From assembly GCF_001194135.2 (NCBI RefSeq), contig NC_069006.1, positions 100,617-164,616 of the forward strand: a stretch of DNA of 64,000 nt, in the 5' to 3' direction. The stretch comes from Octopus bimaculoides (lineage: Eukaryota). Shown in pieces: positions 52,551 through 64,000 of this stretch. The notes below the pieces were generated by a model. The model searched no databases, was not told the DNA's origin, and saw nothing but the letters and a program-made list of their open reading frames with translations. Within the stretch, counting starts at the first letter, position 1. Every line of letters begins with the position of its first letter. Both the position numbers and the translations under genes were made by a program.

Positions 52551-52949
52551 CTGTCTCTCTATCTGTTTCTGTTTGTCCCCACCCCCATCTCATCACTTGA
52601 CTACAAGTGGTTTTTTTGTTTTTGTTTTTGTTTATGACCTCATTAATTTAGCAGTTCGGCAATAAGAACAGATAAAATAAGTACCAGACTATAAAAAAAT
52701 ATAATAAGTAGTGGAGTCGATTCATTCGACTAAAAACCCAAAATGGTCGCAGGCCGATGACTGAAACAAATAAAAGAGAAAAGAAGAAACGCAAGTTTTG
52801 CGAGGGACTGGCTGCTATTTCTAGTAGGCAGGACAACCACATAGAGCTAGCCACATTTGCTGGTGCGTGTTGAGGTTGTTTAACCCGATGTCAACTTTGA
52901 ATGAGTAGATCTATGATGATCAGAGCTTTTCCAATCACGACAGTCTTTC

Positions 52950-53310
52950 AGACATAGTGTATCTAGGACTACATTTACTAATGTGTTCTGCCTTTTATAC
53001 AAACGTAATATACGGACACAGTGTATCGAAGACTACATTATTTAATGTATTTTGATTTATACAGATATTGTGTATCTCGGATATTTTCTGATATTATTTA
53101 CAATCGAGGGATAGGTGTCCTCGTCTTATTTGTTGTCATCCCCAAAATATAGAATATGATGTCATATATGAGGACATTATGTATCTAGGATTATGTTAAC
53201 CAGTGTGATATGTTTTATGTACATAGTGTATCTCGGATAACACTACTTGATGTGTTTTAAATAGTTGTTATATAAATAGTTATATCTAGAACTGAGGTAC
53301 TTAATGTATT
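52950..53310. repeat. Degenerate tandem of a SINE-tail motif (catagtgtatctaggattacattatttaatgt), ~6 copies
   Basis: The motif recurs at ~52954, 53017, 53066, 53176, 53222 and 53274; a single copy lies at ~32340. Confidence 0.55.
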
Positions 53311-53652
53311 CTGTCTTTTATACATAGCGAGTCTACAATTTTGACATGATGTATAAGTACTGGGGTCGTTTCAATGCGTCGTTTCCTTTCCGGAGACAGT
53401 AAGGGGGAGATTTGCTTTGAGGCAGATTTGACTGTTACTTCTAACAGATCGTAAACAGCAACGCAGAGCAAATGGATTGCGGGTCCAAGAAAGATTTTAA
53501 CATTGATCTCCAATAAACTGGTCATGCTTCTACAATACACAGAATATTTTAATAAATGTTTTTATACAATTCCTAATAACATTTAATTGTAAAATATATA
53601 ATAAAACTTTAAAAATATATTGAATAGCTATATGCATATATATATATACATA

Positions 53653-53712
<60 letters not shown>

Positions 53713-55100
53713 GAAAACTTACCGAGTGTTTTGCTGTCAGCTGGTCCGTTGATGAAACGTGATTTCTGGTGGAGACAAACTGAGCTGATAATTATCTCCC
53801 TTGACAGGGTTTTGTTTTTGTTTTTTGTCTTTTCAGTTTCTGCTTTGTTTAAACGATTGGTTGATAAAGTGAAAGAGCAGAGTAAGTGGAGGAGGAGGAA
53901 GAAAAGACGGGGGATATAGAGGGAAAGAGGGAGAGAGAGAGAGTGGGCAGAGTGAGTTAGGGTGAAGGTTTAGAGTTTAAGGTTTTTGTTACGCCGAAAA
54001 CGGGTGGTGTACGTATTCCTTACATCCGCCATGGATTGAATGAGAGAATTAGAGTAAGAGTAGTGACCGAGAGAGAGAAGGGACAGAGTGAGAGAGTCAG
54101 AGTAAGAGAAGTGTGAGAGAGAGAGAGAGATAGAAGTGTGGGAGAGTCAGAGTAAGAGAAATAAGAGAGAGAAAGAAATAGGAGAGAAATAGGGAGTGAA
54201 TTTAGACAAGAAGTAGTGGATGAAAAGAACGGGCAGTCGATATTGTAGCGACCGAGAGTAGATTAATGACGGACACATGGTTGAAAAAAAGACCATACCG
54301 TAATTTTCTTGAGACAAAAGAAACGTTTAGAAATATATCAGGAACAAGAAATTGTGGGCTGAGGATGGGACACGCTATGAACATTCATTGCATTTGGAGC
54401 AGAAGTTCCCTGGACAGGCTTTTGGAATGGCTATCCCACATAAGATGGGATTTCTCTGTTTTTGTTGGGGACATAAACAAAACAACGGTGCACATTGGGA
54501 TTAGACACTGAGGGAAAATGGCTGTAACTTTTTTAGTTTTTAATTTTGGTGATTTTCGCTTTCGATAATGTGTTCTACATATCACGGTCATGCGATTCCC
54601 CCTAAAATAAATTTGACCCCCCCCCCTCCCCCAACACCGGTATTTAAAAAAATTTTTTTTGGCGATTTACATTTTTCACATTGTGTTCTACATGTCCAGG
54701 TTGTACGAATAGCCCCCCTCGCAACTTAGATGTGAAAATGAACGGCTTACATTTATATTGAAACAGCAAAAGGATCACATGTGGAGTCCCCACCGCGAAA
54801 CTTGATATGCTAGAAATAACAGCTAAACGCGGACAATCCAAATCTTGCATTTACTCAGAAAGTTGAACTGCGAGTTTCACGCTTTTTACCAGGGAACATA
54901 TATTCGAAAACGAAAAATACAAAATAAAAACAAAAATATAGAAAGAAAGACTGAAACAAAATTCGAAAGCAAAAAAAAGAAAAAAAAAAACTGTAACCTT
55001 TACGTTTCTGAAATCACTGGATATATTTCGGCTATGTGCTTGATAAATGTCTGAGAGGTTGAAGAAAAAGGAAAAGCCCTTTACAGAGCGAGCTTTGTGT

Positions 55101-55940
55101 GTACGTACGTACGTACACACAAACGAACGAACGTATATACGTACGAACGAATGAACGAACGTACGTACAAACGACCGAATGAACGAACGTACGTACGAAG
55201 GAACGAACGAACGTACGTAAGTACGGACGAACGAAAGCATCTACATACCTCCGTACGTGCGAATGAACGTATGTACGAACGAACGAACGTACGTACGTAC
55301 GAACGAACGAGCGATCGAACGAACGTACGTACGAACGAACGTACGTTCGGTCATTCGTACGTACGTTCGTTCGTACGTATATACGTTCCTTCGTTTGTAC
55401 GTACGTTCGTTCGNNNNNNNNNNTACGTACGTTCGTTCGTACGTACGTACGTTCATTCGTTCGTACGTATGTACGTACGTTTGTTCGTTATTTCATTCGT
55501 ACGATCGTTCTTGCGTTCGCTCGCTCGTTCGTTCGTTCGTTCATACGTACGTTCGTTCGTACGTAATTACGTACGTACGATATTTCGTACCTAAGTTCAT
55601 TCGTTAGTTCGTTCGGACGTTCGTACGTACGTACTATCGTTCGTTAGTACATAAGTACGTACGTTCATTCGCTCCTTCGTACATACGGAGGTATGTAGAT
55701 GCTTTCGTTCTTCCGTACTTACGTACGTTCGTTTCCACGTTCGTTCCTTCATTCGTTCTTTCTTTTGTTTGTTCGATCGTTCGTTCATTGGTACATACGT
55801 ACGTTCGTTCGTTGGATCGTTCATTCATTCGTACGTACGTTCGTTCATTCGGTCGTTCGTACGTACGTTCTTTCTTTCGTTCGTTCATACGTATATACGT
55901 TCGTACGTTCCTACGTTCGTACGTAGTAAGTTCATTCGTT
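55101..55940. repeat. CpG-dense (ACGA/ACGT)n to (TCGT/ACGT)n large imperfect inverted repeat
   Basis: The strand polarity of the tetramer flips at ~55343. The unique 23-mer GAAAGCATCTACATACCTCCGTA (55233-55255) recurs as an exact reverse complement at 55684-55706. Confidence 0.9.
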
Positions 55941-56274
55941 ATGGGTACGCGTGTCTGTGGAGTGCTCAGCCATGTATGTTGTGTGTCTGATGATACACCA
56001 TAAAGCTAAACCCTTTATGGACGGGAAACCTAAGGTAATCCCATAAACTGGCTTTCCCCATTTTTAATATATATGTGAGTGACCCTCTTTGGTCATGAAC
56101 AACCATGGGATTGCACCTAGAAAGTTACCCTTCGAAACACAAGTCCGGGCAAGGTTGTTTTATGGAAGGCCAGTCGTCGCCTATGCATACCAGCCTCCCC
56201 TCTTCATGCCACCAATGTTATCCAAGGGAAAGGCAAAGGCTGATACAGCTTGGCACCAGTGAAACTCTGAGTAA

Positions 56275-56815
56275 CAAGTGTCTTCTACTACAGCCTTGGG
56301 CCGACCAAAGCCTTCTGAGTGGATTTGGTAGACGGAAACTGGAAGAAGCCCATCATATATATATATATATAAGTGTCAGAGTGGCTGTGTGTTAAGTAGC
56401 TTGCTTCCGAGTTCACTCCCACTGTGTGGCACATTGGGCAAGTGTCTTCTACTATAGCCTCGGGGCCGTCCAAAGCCTTGTGAGTGGATTTGGTAGACGG
56501 AAACTGAAAGAAGTCCATCATATATATATATAAGTGTAGGAGTGGCTGTGTGTTAAGTCGCTTGCTTACGAACCACATGGTTCCGTGTTTAATCCCACTG
56601 CGTGGCACCTTAGGCAAGTGTCTTCTACTATAGCCTCAGGCCAACCGAAGCCTTGTGAGTGGATTTGGTAGACGGAAACTGAAAGAAGCCCATTTTATAT
56701 ATATGTATAAGTGTAGGAGTGGCTGTGTGTTAAGTAGCTTGCTTACGAACCACATGGTTCTGGGGGTTTAGTTTCACTGTGTGGCAACTTGGGCAGGTGT
56801 CTTCTACTAAAGCCT
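56275..56815 (+). repeat. Head-to-tail tandem array of ~3 SINE units (periods 164, 176 and 179 bp)
   Basis: The caagtgtcttctacta anchor occurs at 56275, 56439, 56615 and 56794. Confidence 0.85.
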
Positions 56816-56906
56816 TTTTGGCTATATTTATATAATATTTTGTGTGAGTGTATATATATGATAAAATTCTGGTAAAAGAGTTTTATCCCTTTTTGAATTT
56901 ATTAAT

Positions 56907-56949
<43 letters not shown>

Positions 56950-56950
56950 T

Positions 56951-57402
56951 ATCATACTTAAATGTTGTAGAAACTAAATTATGATACTTAAATGTTGTAG
57001 AAACTAAATATATAGCATGTAATCATATTTAAACATTGTAGACACTAAATTATCATACTCAAATGTTGTAGAATCTAAATTATCATACTTAACTGTTGTA
57101 GAATCTAAATATATAGTAAGTCATCTTATTTAAACATTGTAGACACTAAATTATCATACTTAAATGTTGTAGAATCTAAATTATGATACTTAAATGTTGT
57201 AAAATCTGAATATATAGTATGTAATCATATTTAAACATTGTAGACACTAAATTATCATACTTAAATGTTGTAGAAACTAAATTATGATACTTAAATGTTG
57301 TAGACACTAAATATATAGTATGTAATCATATTTAAACATTGTAGACACTAAATTATCATACTTAAATGTTGTAGTATCTAAATATATATAGTATGTAATC
57401 AT
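56951..57402. repeat. Minisatellite with a 101-bp higher-order unit (30+41+30 bp monomers), running into a gap
   Basis: Monomers atcatacttaaatgttgtagaaactaaatt / atgatacttaaatgttgtagaaactaaatatatagtatgta / atcatatttaaacattgtagacactaaatt cycle four times. Confidence 0.9.
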
Positions 57403-58372
57403 NNNNNNNNNNNNNNNNNNNNNNNNNNNNNNNNNNNNNNNNNNNNNNNNNNNNNNNNNNNNNNNNNNNNNNNNNNNNNNNNNNNNNNNNNNNNNNNNNN
57501 NNNNNNNNNNNNNNNNNNNNNNNNNNNNNNNNNNNNNNNNNNNNNNNNNNNNNNNNNNNNNNNNNNNNNNNNNNNNNNNNNNNNNNNNNNNNNNNNNNNN
57601 NNNNNNNNNNNNNNNNNNNNNNNNNNNNNNNNNNNNNNNNNNNNNNNNNNNNNNNNNNNNNNNNNNNNNNNNNNNNNNNNNNNNNNNNNNNNNNNNNNNN
57701 NNNNNNNNNNNNNNNNNNNNNNNNNNNNNNNNNNNNNNNNNNNNNNNNNNNNNNNNNNNNNNNNNNNNNNNNNNNNNNNNNNNNNNNNNNNNNNNNNNNN
57801 NNNNNNNNNNNNNNNNNNNNNNNNNNNNNNNNNNNNNNNNNNNNNNNNNNNNNNNNNNNNNNNNNNNNNNNNNNNNNNNNNNNNNNNNNNNNNNNNNNNN
57901 NNNNNNNNNNNNNNNNNNNNNNNNNNNNNNNNNNNNNNNNNNNNNNNNNNNNNNNNNNNNNNNNNNNNNNNNNNNNNNNNNNNNNNNNNNNNNNNNNNNN
58001 NNNNNNNNNNNNNNNNNNNNNNNNNNNNNNNNNNNNNNNNNNNNNNNNNNNNNNNNNNNNNNNNNNNNNNNNNNNNNNNNNNNNNNNNNNNNNNNNNNNN
58101 NNNNNNNNNNNNNNNNNNNNNNNNNNNNNNNNNNNNNNNNNNNNNNNNNNNNNNNNNNNNNNNNNNNNNNNNNNNNNNNNNNNNNNNNNNNNNNNNNNNN
58201 NNNNNNNNNNNNNNNNNNNNNNNNNNNNNNNNNNNNNNNNNNNNNNNNNNNNNNNNNNNNNNNNNNNNNNNNNNNNNNNNNNNNNNNNNNNNNNNNNNNN
58301 NNNNNNNNNNNNNNNNNNNNNNNNNNNNNNNNNNNNNNNNNNNNNNNNNNNNNNNNNNNNNNNNNNNNNNNN

Positions 58373-58660
58373 TTTAATAAAAAAAATCACTGTAAATGTA
58401 GTGTTAGAGGGGAGAATAATTTGGTTAGGGGATATATTGGGAGCACTATTGATTTTAAAAGGAGATATAGGTTCCACATGAGCTCATTTTCGAATGCCAA
58501 ATACTCCAATTCTACTGCATTGGCATATTATATTCATGATTTGAAGAGGAGGAATAATATGAGCTATACTATTGAATGGTTAGGCCTATCCAAAGCCCCA
58601 CACACACTTTAATGCTAATGTAGATTATGCTTAAGGGAATCATACTTGATTGGACAAACA
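58373..58660 (+). mobile_element. Penelope-like element, GIY-YIG endonuclease C-terminal fragment
   Basis: YIGST.DFKRRY..H.SSF......NSTALA.YI.DLK......IEW, then C.LCL.E..LI. Confidence 0.75.
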
Positions 58661-60150
58661 CCTTCATAAATTTTCTTATGTGCTCCCTTTTTGTAATAGG
58701 TTTTTCTCAACATTCTTAAGTAGTTATAAAATTAAAATCAGATGCTTCAGAGGCCCACCTGAGCTGTGATCTTGAATTGAATCTGTAGCAAATTTTCTTT
58801 TATCTAAATTTAATTATTGACCTTTGAAATGGACAAGTCTTCACTTGAATCCACTGAATTCTTCTTTTCTCTGTTTATGCAATTGAACAATAACCAGAAT
58901 TGTGAAGCCTTTCTAAGTTTTCTCCTGGATTCGGCATTCACAATGTGAAGCAATTGTAGGGATGGGCTTGGATGGACTCTGTTCTCGTTTCCTTACACTT
59001 TATTTTTATATATTATTTTAGTTCCAATGCCTTAAATTTTTAGTGGTGTATATTATTCATTCCATGTATTTTTCTTTGTTCGACTTGTGTTACCCTTTTA
59101 GCTTTTATTTGTGCATATGTGTATACTGTTAGCTTTTACCATTTGGGGCCCTGTTGTTTTGACCAGAGGACACCTCAGCTACATTTTGGTGTAAATAGTT
59201 TGAGGTTTAGTTCAGTAGAAAAAGTCGCATCAAAATAGGGGAGGCCTAAAGATGGGTGATAAGGCAGGTGTTCATTTTCAATTATCATAAATTTTAAAAT
59301 AAAGTATTCTTTTCTTAGGCTTAAATGATAGAAAAATGTGTGAGGAATTCAGTAGTCGCATTTAACAAAAATTAGTAGAAAAAGACTTATGGGGTTAAAT
59401 GTGATGAAATGTAAAATAGGGGAGTAACGCTCCAAGCAATAGTTGTATATTGCTTTTCCTTTTCTTTTTAATTAATTATTTAATCAGTCTAGTTCATTAA
59501 TGCTTCAGATATGTACATGTAAATTTATTGGGGCAGGAATATAATCATTTTTGGCTGTATCTCTATGGGCAGACCTAAAGGCATGTAGTAAAGCTGTCGA
59601 AAAAAGGTATTGGTTAAAAGTGCTTATATGCTAAATTTACTTTTTAAATTTCAGAATTAATTAAAAAGGGTTTTTTTTTTTTTGTAAATCAAATTTATAT
59701 TAATGGGATGTAGGTAATTTTAACTTGTGTATATCTGATATGCTTTAGATCTAGATTAGCAACAGTCAGTGCTACTATCACCAACTGAAAATCTAGGTTA
59801 GCCTAGTAACTGATGGTTTTGGGGGTCTTGTTGTTTGTCACTCTTGGTGAGTCCTTGACAGTATACAACTAAGCTATTACTGTAGATATATATTCATTTA
59901 TTATGTCACATGCTAAAAGAAACAGGCCTCTGTGAAGTGCAAGCTCATTGCTGTTTCCACTCCAGTACCCGGTGTTGTACGATGTGGGGCATAGGCTAAG
60001 GTACGGAATACAAGCCAAATGATTGAAGTAATAATAATACAGTAAGGTTTNNNNNNNNNNNNNNNNNNNNNNNNNNNNNNNNNNNNNNNNNNNNNNNNNN
60101 NNNNNNNNNNNNNNNNNNNNNNNNNNNNNNNNNNNNNNNNNNNNNNNNNN

Positions 60151-60196
60151 ATTCGCGTTATTAGCACGACGCTCTAACCAACTGAGCTAACCGGCC
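60151..60196 (-). tRNA. tRNA-Ile (anticodon AAT), 5' 46 nt; the 3' part falls in the N-gap
   Basis: The reverse complement GGCCGGTTAGCTCAGTTGGTTAGAGCGTCGTGCTAATAACGCGAAT matches the conserved metazoan tRNA-Ile(AAT) acceptor, D-arm and anticodon arm. Confidence 0.88.
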
Positions 60197-61039
60197 AGCT
60201 GACTGCAGCACGTTTAAATTAATGTTATATAGCAATACTTATTCTGCGTTTCCTTCTGATCACGTGACGAGTCCGTCCGCTTATGCCTACAACACTTAGC
60301 GATCTTTGACTATAGCGTACCCCCTCTTGTATCGCTCTAATGAAATCAAAAACAATTTGGTGAAGAAATGAAACTAGACTTGAGTTTTCCAATCGAAACA
60401 TATGTCTGCGTTTAAAAGTCGCTTATCAAATGTCTTTAAATAGAAATATATTCCCAAGTTTCAAAAAAATAAACTTTTAATCAGTTTTTATCATTTATGG
60501 CAGCAAGCTCGCAGAATCGTTAGTACGCCCGACAAAATGCTTAGTGCTATTTCATCCATCTTTAGTTCAAATTCCGCCGAGGTCAACTTTGCCTTTCATC
60601 CTTTTGGAATCGATTAATTAAGGGCGTAGCTTCGTTTTGAATAGACGAATGAAAACAAAATATTCGTTAGTTTCCGTGAGCACGTGTTTGTCGACTGCGT
60701 GCTTCTTCTGTTTGATGTATCGAAGTGGAATAAGATAATCTTACGGTAACAGCTTATGATGTGACTATATTCTGCTCGACAGAGTTGAACAAAACGCACT
60801 CGTGACTGACGTCATATACTAATATCGAAGCATTACCTGAAAATAAAATTAACACTGCTGTTGTTAAACATAATCTAAAAAGCGATTCAAGAAGTACTAT
60901 TTAAGAAGAGTGGTCCCGGTGCGCGCACTCGCGCAAGCTAGTCGATCCTACAACGAGTACCTAGCGCGGATGCCCAAAACATGTAAATGAAGTAAATAAA
61001 ACACAAAGTAAATAATTTTTTTGTTGAATCTTCCCCATA

Positions 61040-61452
61040 TTACTCTTAAAACGTATTTTTTACGTTCTTCCAGGGTGTATTTTGGTGTCACATCTATTTC
61101 AGTAATCCCATTGTACGACGCACTCCAACAATCAGAATATATAGTCGTCCCTGGTTTGATAAATTCTTTAATAAGTGGTAGAAGAGTTTCAGAAAAACGG
61201 TCTAAAGACTAAAAACGTATTTTGATCCCCCTCTATCCCATCCTCCGTTGTATTTGCACATCATAGATTCACCTGTTTCTACGATGTGCCCGAAATCCAC
61301 CAATTTGGTAGGGGTTACGCAAAAGATAATTACTTGTAATGTCCCCCATGTACTGATACTAGGATCGACTATTTGCCTATTTGTTTTGCTGACTCAGAAG
61401 AGCGCCGTCTATTTTCCTATTTGCATGGATGTTAGAATCAATTCTGCTGCTT
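61040..61452 (-). mobile_element. Merlin (IS1595-like DDE) transposase pseudogene fragment
   Basis: Minus-strand frames give KLVDFGHIVETGESMMCKYNGG (cf. KIGG.G.IVEIDES.F.KRKYNRG), GIEG...FLV and DRFSETLLPLIKEFIKPGTTIYSDCWSAS (cf. DRS..TL.P.I...I.PGTTIYSD.W.AY); contains frameshifts and stops. Confidence 0.8.
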
Positions 61453-62644
61453 AAAATCTTTTTATGCTTCTTAAAATATTGTTTTCGTTTGTTTAAAAGT
61501 CGGTTAATATGTAATTTCATCTGTTTAAAAAAAAAGGGGGTAACAAACTGAGCAGGAAATGACGATAATGAAACTTGGAAAATTCATTAATATGGTTCAT
61601 TCAACTGCATGGCAACCTTAGGCAAGTATCTTCTACTATAGCCTTGTGAATAGATTTGGTAGGTGGAAACTGAAAGAAGACCGTCTTACACACACACATA
61701 TATATCTATGTGGCGTTAGGAAGGGCATCCAGCCATAGAAACCATGACAAAACAGACATGAAGCCTGTACGGCCCTTCAGCTGGTCAGCTCCTGTCAAAC
61801 TGTCCAACCCATGCCAGCATGGAAAACAGATGTTAAATGATGATGATGATGATGATGACAACACACACGTTTGAGTGTGTCCACGTGTGTTTGTTGCCCA
61901 CCACTGCTTGACAACTGGTGTTGGTTTGATTATGTCCCTGTAACACACACACACACACACACATAATGTCCCCATTACATAACACGCTTCTTTCAGTTTT
62001 CATTTACCAGATCCACCACCAAGGCTTTGGTCAGTTTAAAGCTATAGAAAACACTTGCCCAAGGTGCCACACAGTGGGACTGAACCTAGAACTATGTGGT
62101 TGGGAAGCCAACTGCTTATCATTAAGAGAACTCTTTTAGTTTCATAATGTGGTCATGGTAATTGCTTTTAATACTTTTAAAATCATTTTTAAGAAGTATA
62201 AAAAAAATTTATTTACCTCATTTTGTAAATTAATTCAATTCTTCCAGTCTTTCAGAGCAAATATATTTATTAGATTCTCATAGAATCTTCTGTTTTAATC
62301 AGTTTTTGGAGGAAATCTTTTCCAATTGTTCTAAGAGCCAACCCTGAACAGTCTCTCCTCTCTTGTTTTTAATTCGCTTCAATGCAGAAAAGGGTCGTCT
62401 AACAGAGGCAGTTGTGAGTGGAATTGTCAAAATAAAATGGCAAACATGGAAGTGGTCTAACAAGATAATTGATGCATCAAATCACTCACACTTTGACTTT
62501 TAAAATCTTCCATTGAGTACATGATATTTGGTTCATTTTGTAATCGAATATTAGAAACAAAAAATCTACCTGGCTGTGTGGTAAGAATTTTGCTCCCCCT
62601 GAGCCGAGTGGATTTGATTGGATGGAAACTGAAAGCTTACATTA

Positions 62645-64000
62645 TTTACATTTCACAGATATTTGTCCTAATCTTGTTTGTTGTTAACATGTTTCAGCTG
62701 ATATGCCCTCCAGCCTTCATCAGGTGTCTTGGGGAAATTCCTAAGGTATTTTTTGATGTTCTTATTATTATCATTCAGGTCACTGCTTGGAATTGAACTC
62801 AGAATCTTGGGGTTAGTAGTCTGTGCTCTTAAACCACTATGCCATATGCTCCGTGGGCAATTATGGAGTGAATTTTAGGGCTTATAAATCTAATATTCTC
62901 CTATCCTTCCTTAATACCGGTTCCCATATGCTGTTCATATCTACACTCAGTCGGCTTAGGAGGTTGTTCTGTCCTAGCATATGTGCTGCTTCTTTTAGTT
63001 TTCATATTTTCCAGTGGTGTTCTCTGTCTATTATTTTAACTTCGTCCCATAGGGGGAGGTGGTCTCCATTTTTCCATACATGATCAGCTATACCCAATTT
63101 ATCAATATCTCCTCGTGTCACAGCTTTGCGATGTTCCTCTACCCTTATTTTAAGGGGGTGACATGTTTTGCCTTTCTATAACCTACCACAGCTGTATGGG
63201 GTGGAGTACTCGCAGTCTTTGGTCATATTCTCTTCTATTGGTGGTTTTACTCGAAGGCGGTATTTGTGAAGGGTTGTATTACTCTTGAATACTGTCCTGA
63301 TGCCATACGAGCTGCATATCTTTTGCATCTTTTCGGAGAGGCCTTTCACATGGGGTGGACAGACTGTGGTCAGTTTATGGGTTTCATCCTCTCTTCATAA
63401 TTGGAGTGGATTTTATGTTTTTGGGGTAGTTGTTACTCAACAGATCATTATTGAGCTTGATCAATTCTTCATGGTGTGTATCACAATCGCTACTTATATT
63501 TTTTGCTCGATGTTTTAGGCACTGAGCAATTCCTCTCTTTACACTGTATGGATGGTGGAAATTGAAGTTGAGGTATCGTCCAGTGAAGGTCAGCTTGTGG
63601 TATACAGATGTCCTGAATCCATACTTGGTACATGTTAATACATCTAGGAATGCAAGCTGATTGTGTTTTTCCTTTTCCATTGTGAAATGTATTGATGGCT
63701 TTATTGAGTTCACGTGATCTAACAGCGCTTGGACATCTTCCTGGTGGGGCCAGAGTATAAACGTGTCATCAACATATCGTAACCATAGTGTTGGTTTTAG
63801 TGGTGTTGATCCTAAAGCCAAATTCTCAAAGTATTCCATGTATATATTGGCCATTACCGGTGATAATGGTGAACCCATAGCTAAACACTCCTCTTGTCGA
63901 TATACATCAATGTCCATACTGAAGTAGGTAGTTTCTACACAGAAGGTCAAACATTACTATCAAGTTTCTTATTGGTATACTAGTGCGTTCTTTTAGATGG
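62645..64000 (-). mobile_element. Penelope-like element (RT + GIY-YIG), degenerate, continues beyond the window
   Basis: ORF 63384-63950: LAMGSPLSPVMANIYME...WLRYVDDTF...LAFLDVL...YHK.TFTGRYLNF..HHP...KRGI. A downstream remnant reads ...IRVEEHRKAV. Confidence 0.92.

Noticed and set aside
54180-54800. Possible coding exon(s) (ORFs 54266-54511, 54385-54591)
   Set aside because: Stops in all frames over the block and no convincing motif; it looks like an unclassified interspersed repeat.
59905-60050. GC-richer block next to the tRNA gap as a possible snRNA or exon
   Set aside because: I could not recognise a match to spliceosomal snRNAs or any protein motif; left unassigned.

Overview
AT-rich, repeat-dense metazoan genomic DNA with about 20 N-gaps. 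The tRNA-derived SINE families, microsatellites and intron style suggest a draft Octopus scaffold (inference). I could reconstruct four protein-coding genes by hand: (1) a minus-strand six-exon gene encoding a predicted 185-aa stand-alone FHA-domain protein (CDS 29622 to 15675; the last two exons are less certain); (2) TMEM222 on the plus strand (31873-43396), head-to-head with the FHA gene, with five exons visible and a ~32-nt exon 3 probably hidden in the 36.9-37.8 kb gap; (3) CCDC115/VMA22 (minus, 45404-46060); (4) B3GALNT2 (minus, 49193-50686). Genes 3 and 4 carry essentially the whole CDS in one exon. The 5' half of a tRNA-Ile(AAT) abuts a gap at 60151-60196. The rest is a varied set of mobile elements: Tc1/mariner, hAT and Kolobok-like MITEs, a Merlin transposase relic, a SAP+SWIM TIR element, an 86-bp MITE with a perfect 9-bp TSD, a solo LTR, Penelope and RTE fragments, Helitron-like pieces, a long-arm foldback element and a CpG-dense (ACGA/ACGT)n inverted repeat. 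Nearly all other ORFs in the track are microsatellite, SINE or gap artefacts. I found no CRISPR and no prokaryotic-type system. The most interesting items are the uncharacterised FHA-only gene, the unusual transposon relics and the CpG foldback.
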